A stretch of DNA of 64,000 nt from Octopus bimaculoides (taxonomy: Eukaryota): contig NC_069003.1 of NCBI RefSeq assembly GCF_001194135.2, positions 19,996,049 to 20,060,048 of the forward strand. Reading direction: 5' to 3'. A program made the translations under genes and the position numbers. The notes under the pieces were generated by a model. That model ran no database searches and was not told the DNA's origin. It was given only the letters and a program-made list of their open reading frames with translations. Positions 40,540 through 54,990 of the stretch are shown piece by piece. Each line of letters opens with the position of its first letter. Position 1 is the first letter of the stretch.

Positions 40540-41955
40540 TTGATTCGAAACCAAAACTGGCATGACAGCCTTTCTATACAAGACGATGACCTCAAACGAA
40601 GTCATTTTATGTCAACCATACAAGATATATGCACCAAATATGTGCCAGAAATAAAGGCCAGCAAACATGCCAATAGAATTCCCAGAGACAGGAAAATGCT
40701 TATGAGACACAGAACAAAGATCTCAAACCAGTTGAATAGAGAACTGGAGGATAGGAAAAGGGCTAAATTAAAACTAACACTTAGAAATAAAAAACAAAAT
40801 TAAACTCTCTCATGAAAAGGAAAGAAGGAGAAGAGAGCAGTAGAAAGCATAAAAACAAACCCTAAGGCTTTCTATAGATTTGCAAAGGAGACTACCACAG
40901 CACAGTACAAAATAGGACCCCTATTCCTGCCTAATGGCTCACTGACTGCGGATCCCAAATGGATAAGTGAAGTGCTCAGTGCGCAATTCAACAGTCTTTT
41001 CAGTTCTCCTCTGAGTCACATGCAGATAAAGAACCCAGCTGATTTCTTTGACAATATCACTCAGCAGAAAAAGACTGCATCCATTACATACATTGACATT
41101 GAAAAGAAAGATTTAATAGCGGCCATAAACGAAATGAGCTCAAATTCGGCAATTGGCCCTGATGGTTTCCCAGCTGTCCTCCTAAAGTCATGTAAACAAG
41201 AATTAGCAGGACCACTCTTCCAGAGTTTCCTTGCAAGTGGTAAACGTCCCAAAAAGCTGAAGGAAGGCATCATATGTCCTATCCATAAAGGTGGAAGCAG
41301 AGCAGAGGCTGGGAACTACAGGCCCATCTCTCTGACTTCACATATTAGCAAAGTCATGGAACGAACTGTCAGAAGGAGGCTGATTGCATTCCTAGAAGAA
41401 AATGGCTTGCTAAATGAGACCCAGCATGGTTTCCGTCCAGGTAGAAGCTGCCTCACGCAGCTCTTGTAGCATTATGACTGGGTCCTGAAGCAGCTACTTG
41501 ACCATTCAAATGTTGATGTGGTATGTCACAAGCTGCAAAACCTTGGCATAGCTGATAAATTAGGAGAGTGGCTACATGACTTCCTGAATGGTAGAAGTCA
41601 TACAATTGCAGCCAATGGAGAATTATCTAGGGAAATGCAAATATTGAGCGGTGTTCCAAAAGGAACTGTCCTGGGGCCACTACTGTTCATAGTAGCCCTT
41701 CTGGACATGCCCACGGTCACTCAGACAATAAAGAATCTTGATGATATCATAAGCCTGCAGAATGACCTAAATGCAATATACAAGTGGGCAGAGCAAAATA
41801 ATATGCGGTTCAATGCTAAAAAATTTCAAGTTTTGCGCTACAAGGGCACAAGTACCCAATAACTGGCATACACAGGACCTGGAGGTACTGCAATCCCAGA
41901 ACCACAAACAGTGAGAACCTGAGCATCAGCATGTGTAGTGATGCATCATTTCACA
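40540..41955 (+). mobile_element. CR1/L2-group LINE reverse transcriptase fragment
   Basis: GPDGFP, PIHKGG, NYRPISLTSHISKVMER, QHGFRPGRSCLTQLL, SGVPKGTVLGPLLF; stops and internal deletions. Confidence 0.9.
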
Positions 41956-41964
41956 TGCACATTG

Positions 41965-42420
41965 AAAGGTAGACTATATGATGCTTGTGTGCAAACGGCT
42001 ATACTCCATGGTAGCAAGACATGGGCTCTGAATGCGGAAGACACACATTAACAGGAGGGAAATGAAGGTACTATGCTCTGTTGGTTGTGCAACATCAGTG
42101 CACATGTATGGCAAAGTATAAATGTATCAAGAGAAAAGTTGGGTATATGAGGAATCAAATGTAGCATGCAAGAGAGAAGGCTACATTGGTTTGGACATGT
42201 GATGTTTATGAAATGAGGACAGCTGCATAAAGTGCTGATCACTGAAAGTGGATGGTACCCACTGAAGAAGGAGAGCCAGGAAGACATGAGATGAAGTGGT
42301 AAAGACTGGTCTCAGGATGTTGGGCCTCACGGAGGAAATGACAACGGACTGAGATGTCTGGCGATATGAAGTTCAAGAGAAAACCCACCTGCATCAGCGA
42401 AACTGAGTTCTAGAGGTGCT
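41965..42420 (+). mobile_element. RTE LINE ORF C-terminal fragment abutting the CR1 fragment
   Basis: GRLYDACVQTAILHGSKTWAL... and RRLHWFGHV motifs. Confidence 0.8.
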
Positions 42421-42972
42421 ATGTGTCTCATCCGCACTTAACAAGAAAACTTCTCACACACTATACCAACAACAAACCATACTACGTCTCTACATCTCTT
42501 TCTCACATTTCCATTCCGTGCACTATGCTTACTTCCCACTCCCCAATCCTGTCCTCTTGGCCCTGTGCCAATGTATCATTGCTCCCCACTTGTGTTCCAC
42601 TCACATGCCCTATCTCACTGTATTATTGCTATCTGCTAGCCCCCGACCTGTGTGTTCCACCCACACATTACAAGAAAACTTTTCACTCACCCTACCCCAA
42701 GAAACCAATCTACATCTTCACATCTCTTTTGTTCCTCACATTTCATCCTTCATACATTATTGCCGAGCTCTCACTTCCCAATCCTGTCCTCACAACCCCG
42801 TTCCCCTGTATCGTTGCTATTGAGGAGCATCCCCCCTCCAACTCTGCCACCAACTCTGTATGTACTCTTTAATCACGCTTCCTTCACAATATCCTGCCAC
42901 TTATATTATAAGTGTTTGAACCTCAAGGGTATGCCCTGGCACTTTCCACCATCTATATTTCTCTCTTGCTTC

Positions 42973-43184
42973 GGCAGCGAACTGGCAGAAATGTTAGCAT
43001 GCCAGGCGAAATGCTTAGCAGTATTTTGTCTGTCTTTACATTCTGAGTTCAAATTCCACCGAGGTCAACTTTGCCTTTCATCGATTTGGGGTCGATAAAT
43101 TAAGTACCAGTTGTGTACTAGGGTCGACTTAATCGACTAGCCCCCTCCCCCAAAATTTTGGGCCTTGTGCCTAGAGTATAAAAG
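42973..43184 (+). mobile_element. tRNA-derived SINE family B, near full length with TSD
   Basis: A box TGGCAGAAATGTTAG, B box GAGTTCAAATTC, central CTTTGCCTTTCATC...GGGGTCGATAAA; TSD-like TATAT(TT)CTCTCTTGCTT on both sides. Other copies at about 5560, 8200, 10690, 14430, 16380, 17025, 20300, 38420, 48150, 50465, 54010 and 54225. Confidence 0.85.
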
Positions 43185-46100
43185 TATATCTCTCTTGCTT
43201 TAATCAACCATCCCATTTATATTCTAATCCCCGTCCCTTGTGAGTGTGCCTGACATTTTGCCACCTTCTCCTGCACTTCCCTCAGGTTGGATAACCATGT
43301 ATTTCCTTTGCGGTAGCACACCTGTTTCTGTCTTCATTCCTGATTCTCTCTCCCTCTCTCTCCAGCTGAGTAACCTTGTATTTCTTCTACAAGCAAGACA
43401 CTCATCTCTGTCTCACTATAACCTCCTCTCTTGAAAGCTTTTTTTTTTTTGTCTTGCAAGGACTTGCTGACCTTGTTAGTGCAGGTGTCATTCAAAAGCA
43501 TCCAGTCCACACAGTAAAGTGTTTGGTGTTCAGAAGGGCATCCAGCTGTAAAAACCTTGTGAAAACTGACCTTGCCTGTGCTCATGCAACGTAAAAAGTA
43601 CTAAGTCCACTCTGCTGAGTGGTTGGTGTTAGGAAGGGCATCCAGCTGTAAAGATCCTGCCAAAACTGTCACAGAAGTCTGGTGCAGGCTTCTGCCTGGC
43701 CAGCTCTTGTGAAACTGTCCCACTCATGCTTGCATGGAAGGTGGACATTGAATGATAATGATGATCTCAATCATGTTGCTTTAAACAACTGGAGACAACA
43801 GGGAGAACTTTTTTTTAGTCTTGCAGAGGACAGATTATTCCTCTAATGCTGGTGCCACATTAAAATGCACTGAATATACTCTGTAAAGTGGTTGGCTTTA
43901 GGAAAGACATCCAATCACAGAAACAATGACAAAAAGGAAATGAATGAGGATATGATCATCAAGCCTTCAATTACTCTAAATATGCACTGACCTGGACCTT
44001 GGTGGAACATCCAACCCATACCAGCATGGAAAGGAGACATAAAATGATAGTGATGATATGCTAGTGAGTGTGTGTTCTTTTATGTCTTTCAGCCATATGA
44101 CTGCTGTCAAACTGGAGCACATACATACACTCAAGAAATATTCTTTTATTAGTCAAACTGAGACATACTGGGGTTTCACCTTAAAAGGTAGTGGTACACA
44201 TATTTTCCATTAAGTTTGGTACTTATTTTTGCTACATTCTATTTTTCACACTGCAATGTTACAGAACAAACACAGACATCATTCTGTTTTCTAGTAATAG
44301 CAAACAAAGATAGACACATTCACATACAAACTTCTCAGCAGTTTCCATCAACCAATTTCACTCACAAAACAGCTTGAAGTACAGTATAGAACACTTGCCC
44401 AAGGTGCTATGCAATGGTACTGAACCCAAGACCACATTGTTGTAAAGTGAATTTCCTAACCACACAGCCATGTCTTTGCATATGAGAAATATAAGAGTGC
44501 TTAATACAAGCCAGTGGTGGACATGCAATGAATCATTTAAAGACCATGCATATCTACACCAGAATATCAATTCTATAGTTCTTGTATGAAGATAAATCAT
44601 CAATGAAATGTATAAATTACAGTGATCATGCCAGAAGATATAGAAGATGCATAAAACGATCAATACAGAATAAATAATTCTAGTCTGTGTACATACACAC
44701 ACATGCATGCTCACACAGAGTTTATATGCTAATAGCTTTCTCTCTCTCTCTACTAGTTTTTACATATTTATCTATCAAGACAGTCCACTATTTCATATTA
44801 TGTATGTTTAGTGGACTTGGACAACTAGAGAACTCACAGCTTCTCTTTCACTTTGTCTCATTACATTAAAAACTCAACTCTGTTTGGAGCACCACGGTAG
44901 GAATTTGTCTTGGCTCTCATTGAAATAATCCAAACTTATTTAACTTCTAACATTGTAGTATAGCTACCAATCACAAGAACCAAAGAGCAAAAGTCATTTT
45001 GCTTCACTTCATTTACACTGCTTAATATCTTTGAGGAAGACACGAATGCTACAATCTCATTCTTCTCCCTAAATAAATATTTTGTAGTGATCTAATGTGT
45101 TAGTAGAAAAAAGATAAAAATCAATATGCCATCTACCTAATATGAATGGCAAAGATTTGAAGAGCCTAGCAACCATACAGAGGATTTGTTTTCTCTTTTT
45201 GTTTTTCTGGTAGTATTTGCATTCTCCATTCACTCCAGGAAGGAGCACACATAAAAGTTCATTCATAAAATGAGTTTGTATGTGTAAAGGGGAATTCTGA
45301 TATTTCAAGCAGGACCCTTTCTTCATAGAAAGGACATTGATAGAAGTGTCAGAACTCTACCATTCTCACAGTACATGAACTTTTTGTGTTTTACAAATGC
45401 AATTTGAGGTTTTTGTTATTTTTACAGCTCTTATATATATATATATATATCTGAATGAGATAGTCATCATTAAACTCAATGGATAATAATACACGAACAT
45501 GGCTATGTTTAGATATAGTTTGCTTTAAATCCAACTTTCCATATGCTAACCAATTAGAGGAAAAAATAGTGAGATATATCTTTTTAAAGTTAACCTGTTG
45601 CTAATCCTTCCTTGTTTTTCAGGTAAGGGAGTTTTCATTCTACTCACTCTGAAATACAGAGCTACTGGATGATACACTGACTGAAAAATGTCAAGAAATG
45701 ATCCTATAAGTAATTCATCTCAGCACAGAATTTAAACATTCACACAGACACAAAAAAAAAGCATAAACACATACACATGGACATTCATACACACAAATAT
45801 ATATATAACTGGCTTTGTACAGTTTCCATTTACCAATGCATTCACGAGGCATTAGTTGGTCCAGAGCTATAGAAGACACTTGCCCAAGACCTACACTGAA
45901 ACTGAATGAGAAGTATCACCAGACCTCAATAGATAACAATAAGCAAGCTTGAATGCGAGCACATATCGTGGGAAGTAGGTTGGTGCAATTATATGAGATT
46001 TATGTGATAGGTATATACACAAGCAACCACTGAGTTAAATTACACAAGTAACCAATGACGTAAATTTATTTTATTGTTATTTATATATTATACTGTCACT

Positions 46101-49100
46101 TTATATATTACTCTTTGTTATGGTGTACTCATCCATTTTCCCACAAGTCACACACCCATCGTTTACTCATTTAGCATATCTGTAAACTTGTCAATTAAAT
46201 AAGATATAAATGCACCAATAAGACTCCTCCCACAATATAAACATGTTGCATGAGACACATCCATGCAATAAATATGTGCATTTGTATGTGTGTGTGTTCA
46301 CATACACACACACACATACTGTTATAAAGTACTTTATCATACACAACAAATAAGCAGTTACTTTAGAGCTCCAAACTACATTGCAAATGTATTGTAACAA
46401 TACATGCATCATATATGTCCACTTTTTGTTGAAGCAGATTTTCTATGGTTAGATAACTTCCCTGTTGCCAAACCTCACAGGTTTCCATACAACACATTAT
46501 TTCCCCATGAAAGATTGGAAATAAACAACAGTTGTATTGTGGTGACATTCATTTAAAACTATCACATGATGTCAAGACAAGGAAACGCACGTGCACACAG
46601 ACACACAAAACATGCTTCTTTCAGTTTCTGCCAACGAAATCTATGCACAAAGCTTCGATCAACCCAAGACTACGGTGGAAAACACTAACTCAAGATGCCA
46701 TCCAGTTAAACTGAACCCGAAACCATGTGATTTGTAAGGAAACTTCTCAATCACACAGGTATACCTGCAGGCACAGATATTGCTGTTTAGTTAAGAAGCA
46801 TGTTTCCCAACAGATCTCAGGTTCCGTTCCGCAGTGCAGCACCTCAGGCAAGTGTCATCTATTACAGCCTTGGAGTGACCAAAGCCTTGAGAGGGGATTT
46901 GGTAGACAGAAACTGAAAGAAGCCTGCTGAATAAAAATGTGTGTGTTTGTGCATATGCATTTGTGTGTGCCTTTATCTAAACATTGCATAATGGTTGTAA
47001 ATGAGCATCATCCTCATACAAGTGAAGTTGAGTGGAGAGACAAAAAGAAAATATACTTGAATCTACATTGCTTGATGAAATAAATTTAATATTCATGTAT
47101 ACTAACATCTGTATTTTTACATGTATTTTTGTATGTATATTCTCATATGTATGGTAAACTATATTACATGCTCTCCACTATGTATCAAGCACTATGTTTG
47201 TACAACATAGAGAGAGAAAGAGATACCAAGAAATAACACACACTTTTTGTTTCAGTCATTGGGCCATTGGACAGTGGCCATGTTAGGACACTACCTAAAA
47301 AAAAAAAAATCAAATTAATCCTAGTGCTAATTTTAAGTTTGGTACTTATTCTATCAATCTCTTTTCACCGAACCACTAAGCTACAGGGATGTGAACAATC
47401 TAACACTTGTTTTCCAGCAGTGAGAAAAAAATAGAAACCCATCTATTTACATGCATGTGCACACACGCATGCATACAGAGAAAGAATTTCACAATTTCTT
47501 TTTATCAAATTCACTCACAAGGCATTGGTTGACCAAGGTTTTCAAGACTCCTGCTAAAAGTACCATAAAGTGAGAATGGACCAAAAAAATTGGCACTTTA
47601 CAACACAAACTTTTTAACCACACAACCATACCTGAGAAAATGTCAAATAATTAAAACAGAAAAACAAAACAAAACATGTTATAACCAAAATGTTGTAACC
47701 AAAGAAAAGTAATCCAAAAAGTATTTTTTCAATGATTTGCAAATTCAAGTCAAAAAAAAAAAAAATCAAAGAAATCTTGCTTGTTTAATAAAATCTGAAA
47801 TAGTTTATGTAATGTGAAAACTGGGAAATTCGATTGCACAGTTGTCACATACAAACACTTCAAAATAAAACAAACATATCACCTTATTTACTTGTCCCCT
47901 AATTTAATACAAAATGTTTTTCTTCTAGTTTTAGCTTTGCCCTGAGTATAAATTGCACCCCAGTTTTTTCAATTAAAATCAATAGTGACTTATGTAAAAA
48001 CAGTATTTAAAACTGTTTGAAAGCCAGTAGGATGCTAATTTGAAAGAAAGGAGGGAAAACAGAAAAAAAGAAAACAACAGTTTATAATTTATGATAAATT
48101 TTGTTATTTCAGGGTTAAGACCTATTTATAAAGGCAAACCAGGAACAAGGAATTAAGTACTAGCTTCAAATTTTGGGACAAGGCCTGCAATTTCAGGGTA
48201 GGGTGTGAGTCGATTCACTGACCCAGTAATCAACTGGTACTTATTTTATTGACCTCGAAAGAATGAAAGGTAAAGTTGACCTTGGCAGAATTTGAACTCA
48301 GAACACAAAGCCAGATGAAATGCTGCAAAAGCCTGCTGTGCTAACGATTCTATCAGCTCGTTACCTTACAAGGAATCAAATATTAATCACGTCATCAGTA
48401 TATTATGAGGAAGTGTGTCTTTCACTGAAGAGGTTTAATAAAAACACAAAAGAATCTCCAAAATAGGGAAGAGCATCTACAAACAATATAGACTGATTCA
48501 GAAGAGCACTCCACACACAACCCCAAGGTACCCTGATGCACCAAAGACAAGTTAGTTCTTTTTTTTTTTTTTTCAGTTTTTACCACTAGCCTACAACCAC
48601 CTAAGCCCATTTGACTGTGCCAATTTTATCCAAACTCACCCAACATTCATAAAACTTGCTGGGGGTGCTGTACCTCCTGTGTCAAATTTAGCCTAATTCA
48701 CAAACTCTAATAAAATTTGCTGGAGAAGGGGAGGGTGCAGAACTTCCTCCTCTACCCTCACTTTCATCTTCATGCAGTATTTGAAGAAGCTGAAGGAGGT
48801 TATGTGAAAATTGAATCTAAGATGTTACGTCAACAGTTGTCAAATGACACAATGTATATTTTTAAAAGTATAATTTATGACTTCAGAAAATACATATTAA
48901 TAAGTCTTGAAAACCCTGCTATATACTCATAATTTCGTTATATGCAAATATATGACCAATACACCAAGGTAGGAAATAGTTTTCAGGATTAGCAGAACCA
49001 TTAAAGCATCCGGCAAAATGCCTTGGCATATGTATTACAACTGTTTACATTCAGAGTTTAAACTCTGTCTATTTGAGGTTTTGTGCCTATGTACGATATC

Positions 49101-49685
49101 TGTATTGTTTTTACTGAAACTGTTTGCAAAGTGCATCAGTTTATATATCATTTCAATGTCCACTTTTCCATGCTTCCGTGGGTAGATGGCATTTATTATG
49201 GTTGATTTTCTAAGACTATGACCTCCCTGTTGACAATCTTCACCTGTTTACAAGCAAACTAATATATCCCCATGGCCAGATATGTTTCCACAGAATACTG
49301 GAAATAAATAACATTGCTTGTATGATAGTGATGTTCATTTGCAATTATCATGCAACAACAGGCATGTTTGAGTTTTCGTCTACCCAATCTATTCACAAGG
49401 TTTTTGGTTGGCCTGAGGCTGCAGCAGAAGACACTAGCCCAAGATGCCATACAGTGAGATTGAACTTGAAACTATGTGCTTGGAAAGCAGACTTCTTAAC
49501 CACATACATCACAACCTCATTGGGAAGGAAAAGGGTAAGGAATTAGGGGGGGGCATTTTTTTTTCCTAGTATTCCTGTGTTTTGCACAATGAGAACAATG
49601 TTCCGAAAGAATATTTTCCCTTCCCCCCAATTTTTTTTTTTTTAAGCATTTTTCATCCCCCCTCAATTCTGCGAGTACTACAGCA

Positions 49686-49907
49686 TTAACCCCTTATCAT
49701 TCAGATTATTCTATCAAATGTAGTGCTTACTTATTCACATTGGAAATGATCATACATTATCTTGTAGCTTGAAGATTTTAACGATGTGATTGTTTATTTT
49801 CAGAATGCCATTGTAGGATAGGTGTGAAACCAGATTTGGCCAGTTTAGACATAAAACAACCAGAATATTTGGGCCAGATACAGCCAGTTTAAATGCTAAA
49901 GGGTTAA
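49686..49907. mobile_element. piggyBac-like MITE with TTAA TSD
   Basis: TTAA-CCCCTTATCATTC...AAATGCTAAAGGG-TTAA. Confidence 0.75.
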
Positions 49908-50464
49908 ACAAACACCCAACTATGAAGCTGATAAAAGTATTTGAACTCCAATCAATTATTAGAATCTCCTACTTGAGAAGATACAATCTTATCTGTACAA
50001 AAGAGGGAAAAATTAGTAATAAATAGGTAGATATATTAAGAAAGAATTAGAGTTGAATAAAGTTTTGTAGTTAACTTGACAAAACCCTTGGCAATCATCA
50101 TGTAATATCCGTTTTACCATAGATGTTACATGGATCAGACAGAATTTGTAGAGGCAAATTTTCTATGGCTGGATGCTCTTCCTATCACCAACCTTCACCT
50201 GTTTCCAGACAAGGTAATATTTCCCATGGCCAGACACAGAAGACTAGAAACAAACAACATTGCTTGTATGATTGTGATCCTCGTTTACAACCATCACATC
50301 ATGAAAAGAGTATACACACACACACACACACACAAGACACGCTTCAATTGGCCAGGAGTGAAACAAAGACACTCGCCCAAGGTTCTGCAGGGTTGGACTG
50401 GACCTGAGATCACATGGTTGAAAAAGCAAGCTCCTTAACCACACAGCCATGCTTATACTTATAA

Positions 50465-50615
50465 TAATTCTTTCTGCTATTGGAACAAGGCCTGAAATTC
50501 TGGGGGAAGGGGCAAATCGATTACATCGACCCCAGTACTCAACTGGTACTTAATTTATCAACCCCGAAAGGATGAAAGGCAAAGTCGACCTCGGCAGAAT
50601 TTGAACTCAGAACGT
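50465..50615 (-). mobile_element. SINE family B copy retaining CpGs
   Basis: Reverse complement of the 42973-43184 type; CGAAAGGATGAAAGGCAAAGTCGACCTCGGC is intact. Confidence 0.85.
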
Positions 50616-52845
50616 AATAATAACAGGATGTTATTTTGTCCTATGTCAACTCTGAACAAGTTGCTAAATTCACTCAGTATAGAAAAAAGAACTAAACAGA
50701 GTTTACCGTATAAATACTTCATGAACCAATGAGGGAACCAGTGATTAATTACGAAGACTTATTCAAACTGACTTAATTGTCGCTTTGTATTTTATAACAA
50801 TAAAACACCTCCCTCAAGGGCGATTTTTCTTTTTGACTTGCAGGACTATCAATAATCATATGGTCCCATATGATCGAATTTAGACAATTCTGAGAGGCAT
50901 AACGAAAGGATGCCTAAATATGTATGTGTGTGTTCCCCACCACCGCTTGACAACCGATGGTGGTTTGTTTACGTTCCCATAACTTAGCGGTTCGGCAAAC
51001 GTGATCGATAGAAAATGAGTACAGGCTTTTAAAAATAATGAAGGTCAATTCATTCAACTAAAACTTTTTCAAGTACGGCCCCAGTCAACTGATTTAGGGA
51101 GTCCTACGGGTTTCTATGTAATTCCTTCGTTTTATACAGAGGGTCGTTGATTATGCATTTACTCGACTTGTTTACCAATCTGTCCGTCCTTTTTCTAAGT
51201 CGGTAGGATGTACTTTGAGGGAGATTTGGCATCTATTTCTAGTAGAACGAACAACCATTGCAGACATCCATCGTTGGCCAATTAAAGTGTCAGTTAGTGA
51301 CTGTCAACTTTTTAATTAATTACACAAGTATACGAGATAAACAAATGCAATTTCTTTCGGAAATAGTGTGACTTACAGCAAGAATTTATATCTTAAGGCC
51401 AACGTGAAGTGAAAGCAGATAAATAATGTAAATTATTCTATTTTATTTCATTTTTATCTAATTCGAGGGAATGGAGTAGAGAAAGAAAGTTCAAGGGTTA
51501 CATGAAAAGCAAGCAAGTTTATCTATTCAGGATATGATAGATAAAAAGATAATGACTGGATAATGAAGAAGAAATAAAATAGAGGTAGAGTAATCAAACA
51601 TTTCTTTTTGTTGTCTAGTGCACATGTTTAAATCTTCTTCGCAGACGATATCTTGATTCACCCTCGTTCTCCGAGTCAAAGAACCAACGAGGAAGGGTTC
51701 TGACTCTACGTAATTACAACACATGCTAGAGATAGCAGCTAAATTTCCCTCAAATCACACCCTAGTCTTTAAAAAGTGATAGAGTAGATATACTAAGTTG
51801 GAAAAAAAGTATCAGACACGTGATCTTAATAAAACATTGTGCCGACAGATTGAACTTACGGTTAAACATTGAAGCCATCAGAAATAGCAGCCCAATCTCA
51901 CTCTACCGTCATAAAGTAACGGGGTAAATAAGCTAAGTCTGGAAAAAGTATTAGTTACGTTGTTTAAAAATAAAACAAGGTGACTACTCATGAGTGAGGT
52001 ACAAAAGGAATACATTGTAATAATGTAGTCCTAAATATAGTAAAAAATGCTATGGCCATGCCGGGAATGTCTAAATATCCTCGTTTTTAGAGTCCTGACT
52101 TCAAATTGATCTTTTCTTTAAATAGACCTATATGTATATACGTGTATGTATGGGATTTTTTTAGTGGGGGGGTGAGGTCTAATTAAGAATTTAAACTTCG
52201 TGAATTCATTTTTAAGGCGAATACCTAATTAATTCGATATCTTAATGTTTTAACTAATTAGTCGATTCTGACTTATTACCTGTTAATGAACTGTTGTCGC
52301 CACAAATTATTGAATGCATTCGCCTTGAAAATCATTTCACGAAACTAAAATTCGTAATTGGAAAAAGAAAATTAAACAAAAATAAAATAATAATTTAAAA
52401 TTATAGAGATTAAATGGAAAAGTAACGACCCCCCCCCCCCAAAAAAAACTCTACAAAACAAATCATTAACAAAATGTCTACATATATAGAGGGGCCGTAT
52501 TAAAAGATCAATTTGAATTTAGGGCCCTAAAAATGAAGAGACGCGAATAAACTTTCAATAAAAAGCGGGCGGAAAGTTGGGACCTTCTCGACTACAAATG
52601 GGATAATTTCTACGTAGTTGCTTAGTCCCACTAAGGATAGCGGTTAAATCTTCCTCAAACATCATACCCTACCTTAATGAAGGTGGGGAAAAACTGGAGA
52701 ACACTGTAATAATATAATCATAAATGTACCAAAAATATACGGTATGGTCACGCCAGGAACGACTTGGGTAACAAGCTTGTGCGCTGTTTAATCAGGACTG
52801 GCTTAACGTGGGGTGTAAGTGAGAAGTATCAACCGAACAACTTAC

Positions 52846-53080
52846 CTGTTGCATGAAAGAAACCCTGAATGAAGAAGACCGGAGAGGAGATGGAGGAATA
52901 AGGTTAAATTAATTAACAACTTTTTAAAATCAATTTTGTATAGAAAATAATTACGACTGTTCCCCGTTGCTCCTGCGATGACCACCTTGTTCCAGCCAAC
53001 AGTAAAAATATTTTTTAAATGTTGTCAATCAAAATTTGAAAAAAGAATATCACCGAGGTTAATTACTCAGTGACGCCATA
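52846..53080 (-). other. Candidate first or 5' UTR exon of a minus-strand transcript
   Basis: Consensus donor CAG|GTAAGT at 52846/52845 inside the CpG-retaining zone; ATGGCGTCACT motif at 53069-53079; the upstream boundary is a guess. Confidence 0.3.
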
Positions 53081-54817
53081 TGCATAAGAAAATGACAGTT
53101 GTTGAAATAAATGACAACCGACTTATGTCATGTCAATGGTTCCTTTCAGTTGTTTCCATTGTCTCGTTCTATTTTATTTATTCATTGTTAGCGGGAAAAA
53201 CCTATTAGATGGGAATCAAAACTTCGAATGTAATGTAAAAGGGAGAAAGAAAAAAAACTTCAAATCACCATATGAGATAGAGAAATATTAATAGTCAATG
53301 TTCTTATTTAATACCAAGTCAGTACTGATCTTTGATCAAAAGCATTATATCCACGACAAACCCTTTTTTATTCAGATTTAGAGTATATACATTATTCAAT
53401 TTCTTGTTGCGGTAGACCCAGGTTAGTCCAAATTGGTTAAGTCTATGATCAAAACCGTTCCAAGCACGACCACCCCATCAAGGGCATTATTCAATGTCCT
53501 TTTTTATAAGAAAGGGTGCGATTCACAATGTTTTTTTTTTTTACACTACTAACAAGAATTAAATATAAATATGTCTGCCAGTAAAGTTTCTGAGAAGTTT
53601 TGTTTTGCGACAGGTGGTTGAAGAAAAAAGAAACACACAACATATAGAACAAGCAAGTGTTAAAAAGAGGGAGGAGGTATCGTTGAAATAATATTTTAGG
53701 AATTCCATTATTAACACAATACCGTGAATGCAGTTAATAGGAACGAGGAGATTAAATGTGGGAAGACTAAAGATAAAGAGCGCGTCAGGGAAGAAGGGGG
53801 ACGAATGGAGATAGTGAATAACAGGTAAAGCAAAATAGTAAGGAAGGGGTAATAAAACGACTTAAAAAAACTCATATAAGAGGTAAATATGTTCAATAGA
53901 CCACAGACGAAAGGTATTCCCTATCGTCTTTCTTTTGTGTGTGTGTGGGGGCGGGGGGATCTGGCTACCTGTCAATCAATCCATCTATCTTTAAGGCTAA
54001 CGGTTTTTGATCCAAGCACAAATACAGTAATTTTGAAGGGAGGGGGTTAGTCAGTATCATCGACGTTAGTATTTGACTGGTACTTTATTTTATCAACCCC
54101 GAAGGGATGAAAAGCAAAGTTTACATTGCCGGGATTTGGCCTCAAGAATGTAAAGAGCTAAAACGAAAACTGCAAAGCATTTTCCCTATTTTCCAATAAT
54201 TGTACCAGACCGCAGCCTTATGTTTCAAGTTTTGGCACAAGGCCAGCAATTTTAGGGAGAAGACTCAATCGATATCATCGATCACAGTGCTCAGCTGGTA
54301 CATATTTTATCGATCTGAAAAGGATGAAACATAAAAGTCGAGCTCGAATGTAATGAGCTAGAAGAAATGTCCTCGTCGACAAAGAATAAAACAGAGGACA
54401 CTAAGTATCAATAAATCAAGTATAAAAAGACATTGGTGATAACCAAAAGTGCATGCATAGTACACAGGATAAAACAACAAAAACTGAATAGGGAACAGTA
54501 AAAGAACCATAAAAAGGAAAAGGTGCATGGGTACGTCAGGAGTAGTGTTGGCAACTTTCGGGAAACATGGGATTTAAGGATGCAGTGTCCTGACAGCTAA
54601 CAACCGACATGGATAGTTTATTCTATGCTTTCCTTTCCATATCGGATAACTCTGATAAGCACAAGGTTATAAAATCGGATTGTTGCCTAACACTCCGTTG
54701 TATTCCTAGTGCGAAACCGATTGGTAAGATCAGCCGTGATGTATATATAACACTGTACATTTCGGATTATTTATATATATAACATTCAATGTAAGTAAAA
54801 GAGTAGGTATACTATTA

Positions 54818-54990
54818 TATCGTCAAGCAATGCTGGTTATGGCATGTAACTGGTGAGAATATTACCATGGGTTTTGTGCCAGATATGGTCAGTAGACAAC
54901 ATCGATAGTTCTTCAGATATTCGGTACAAAACCAACGGTGCCATTCTGACCAATTATATGCCGTAGCCAGTAAAATATTGCTTGACTATA
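54818..54990. other. Foldback/MITE-like imperfect inverted repeat
   Basis: Arms GTCAAGCAAT..GCTGGTTATGGCAT..GGTTTTGTGCC and GGTACAAAACC..ATGCCGTAGCCAGT..ATTGCTTGAC; TA-rich flanks. Confidence 0.8.
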
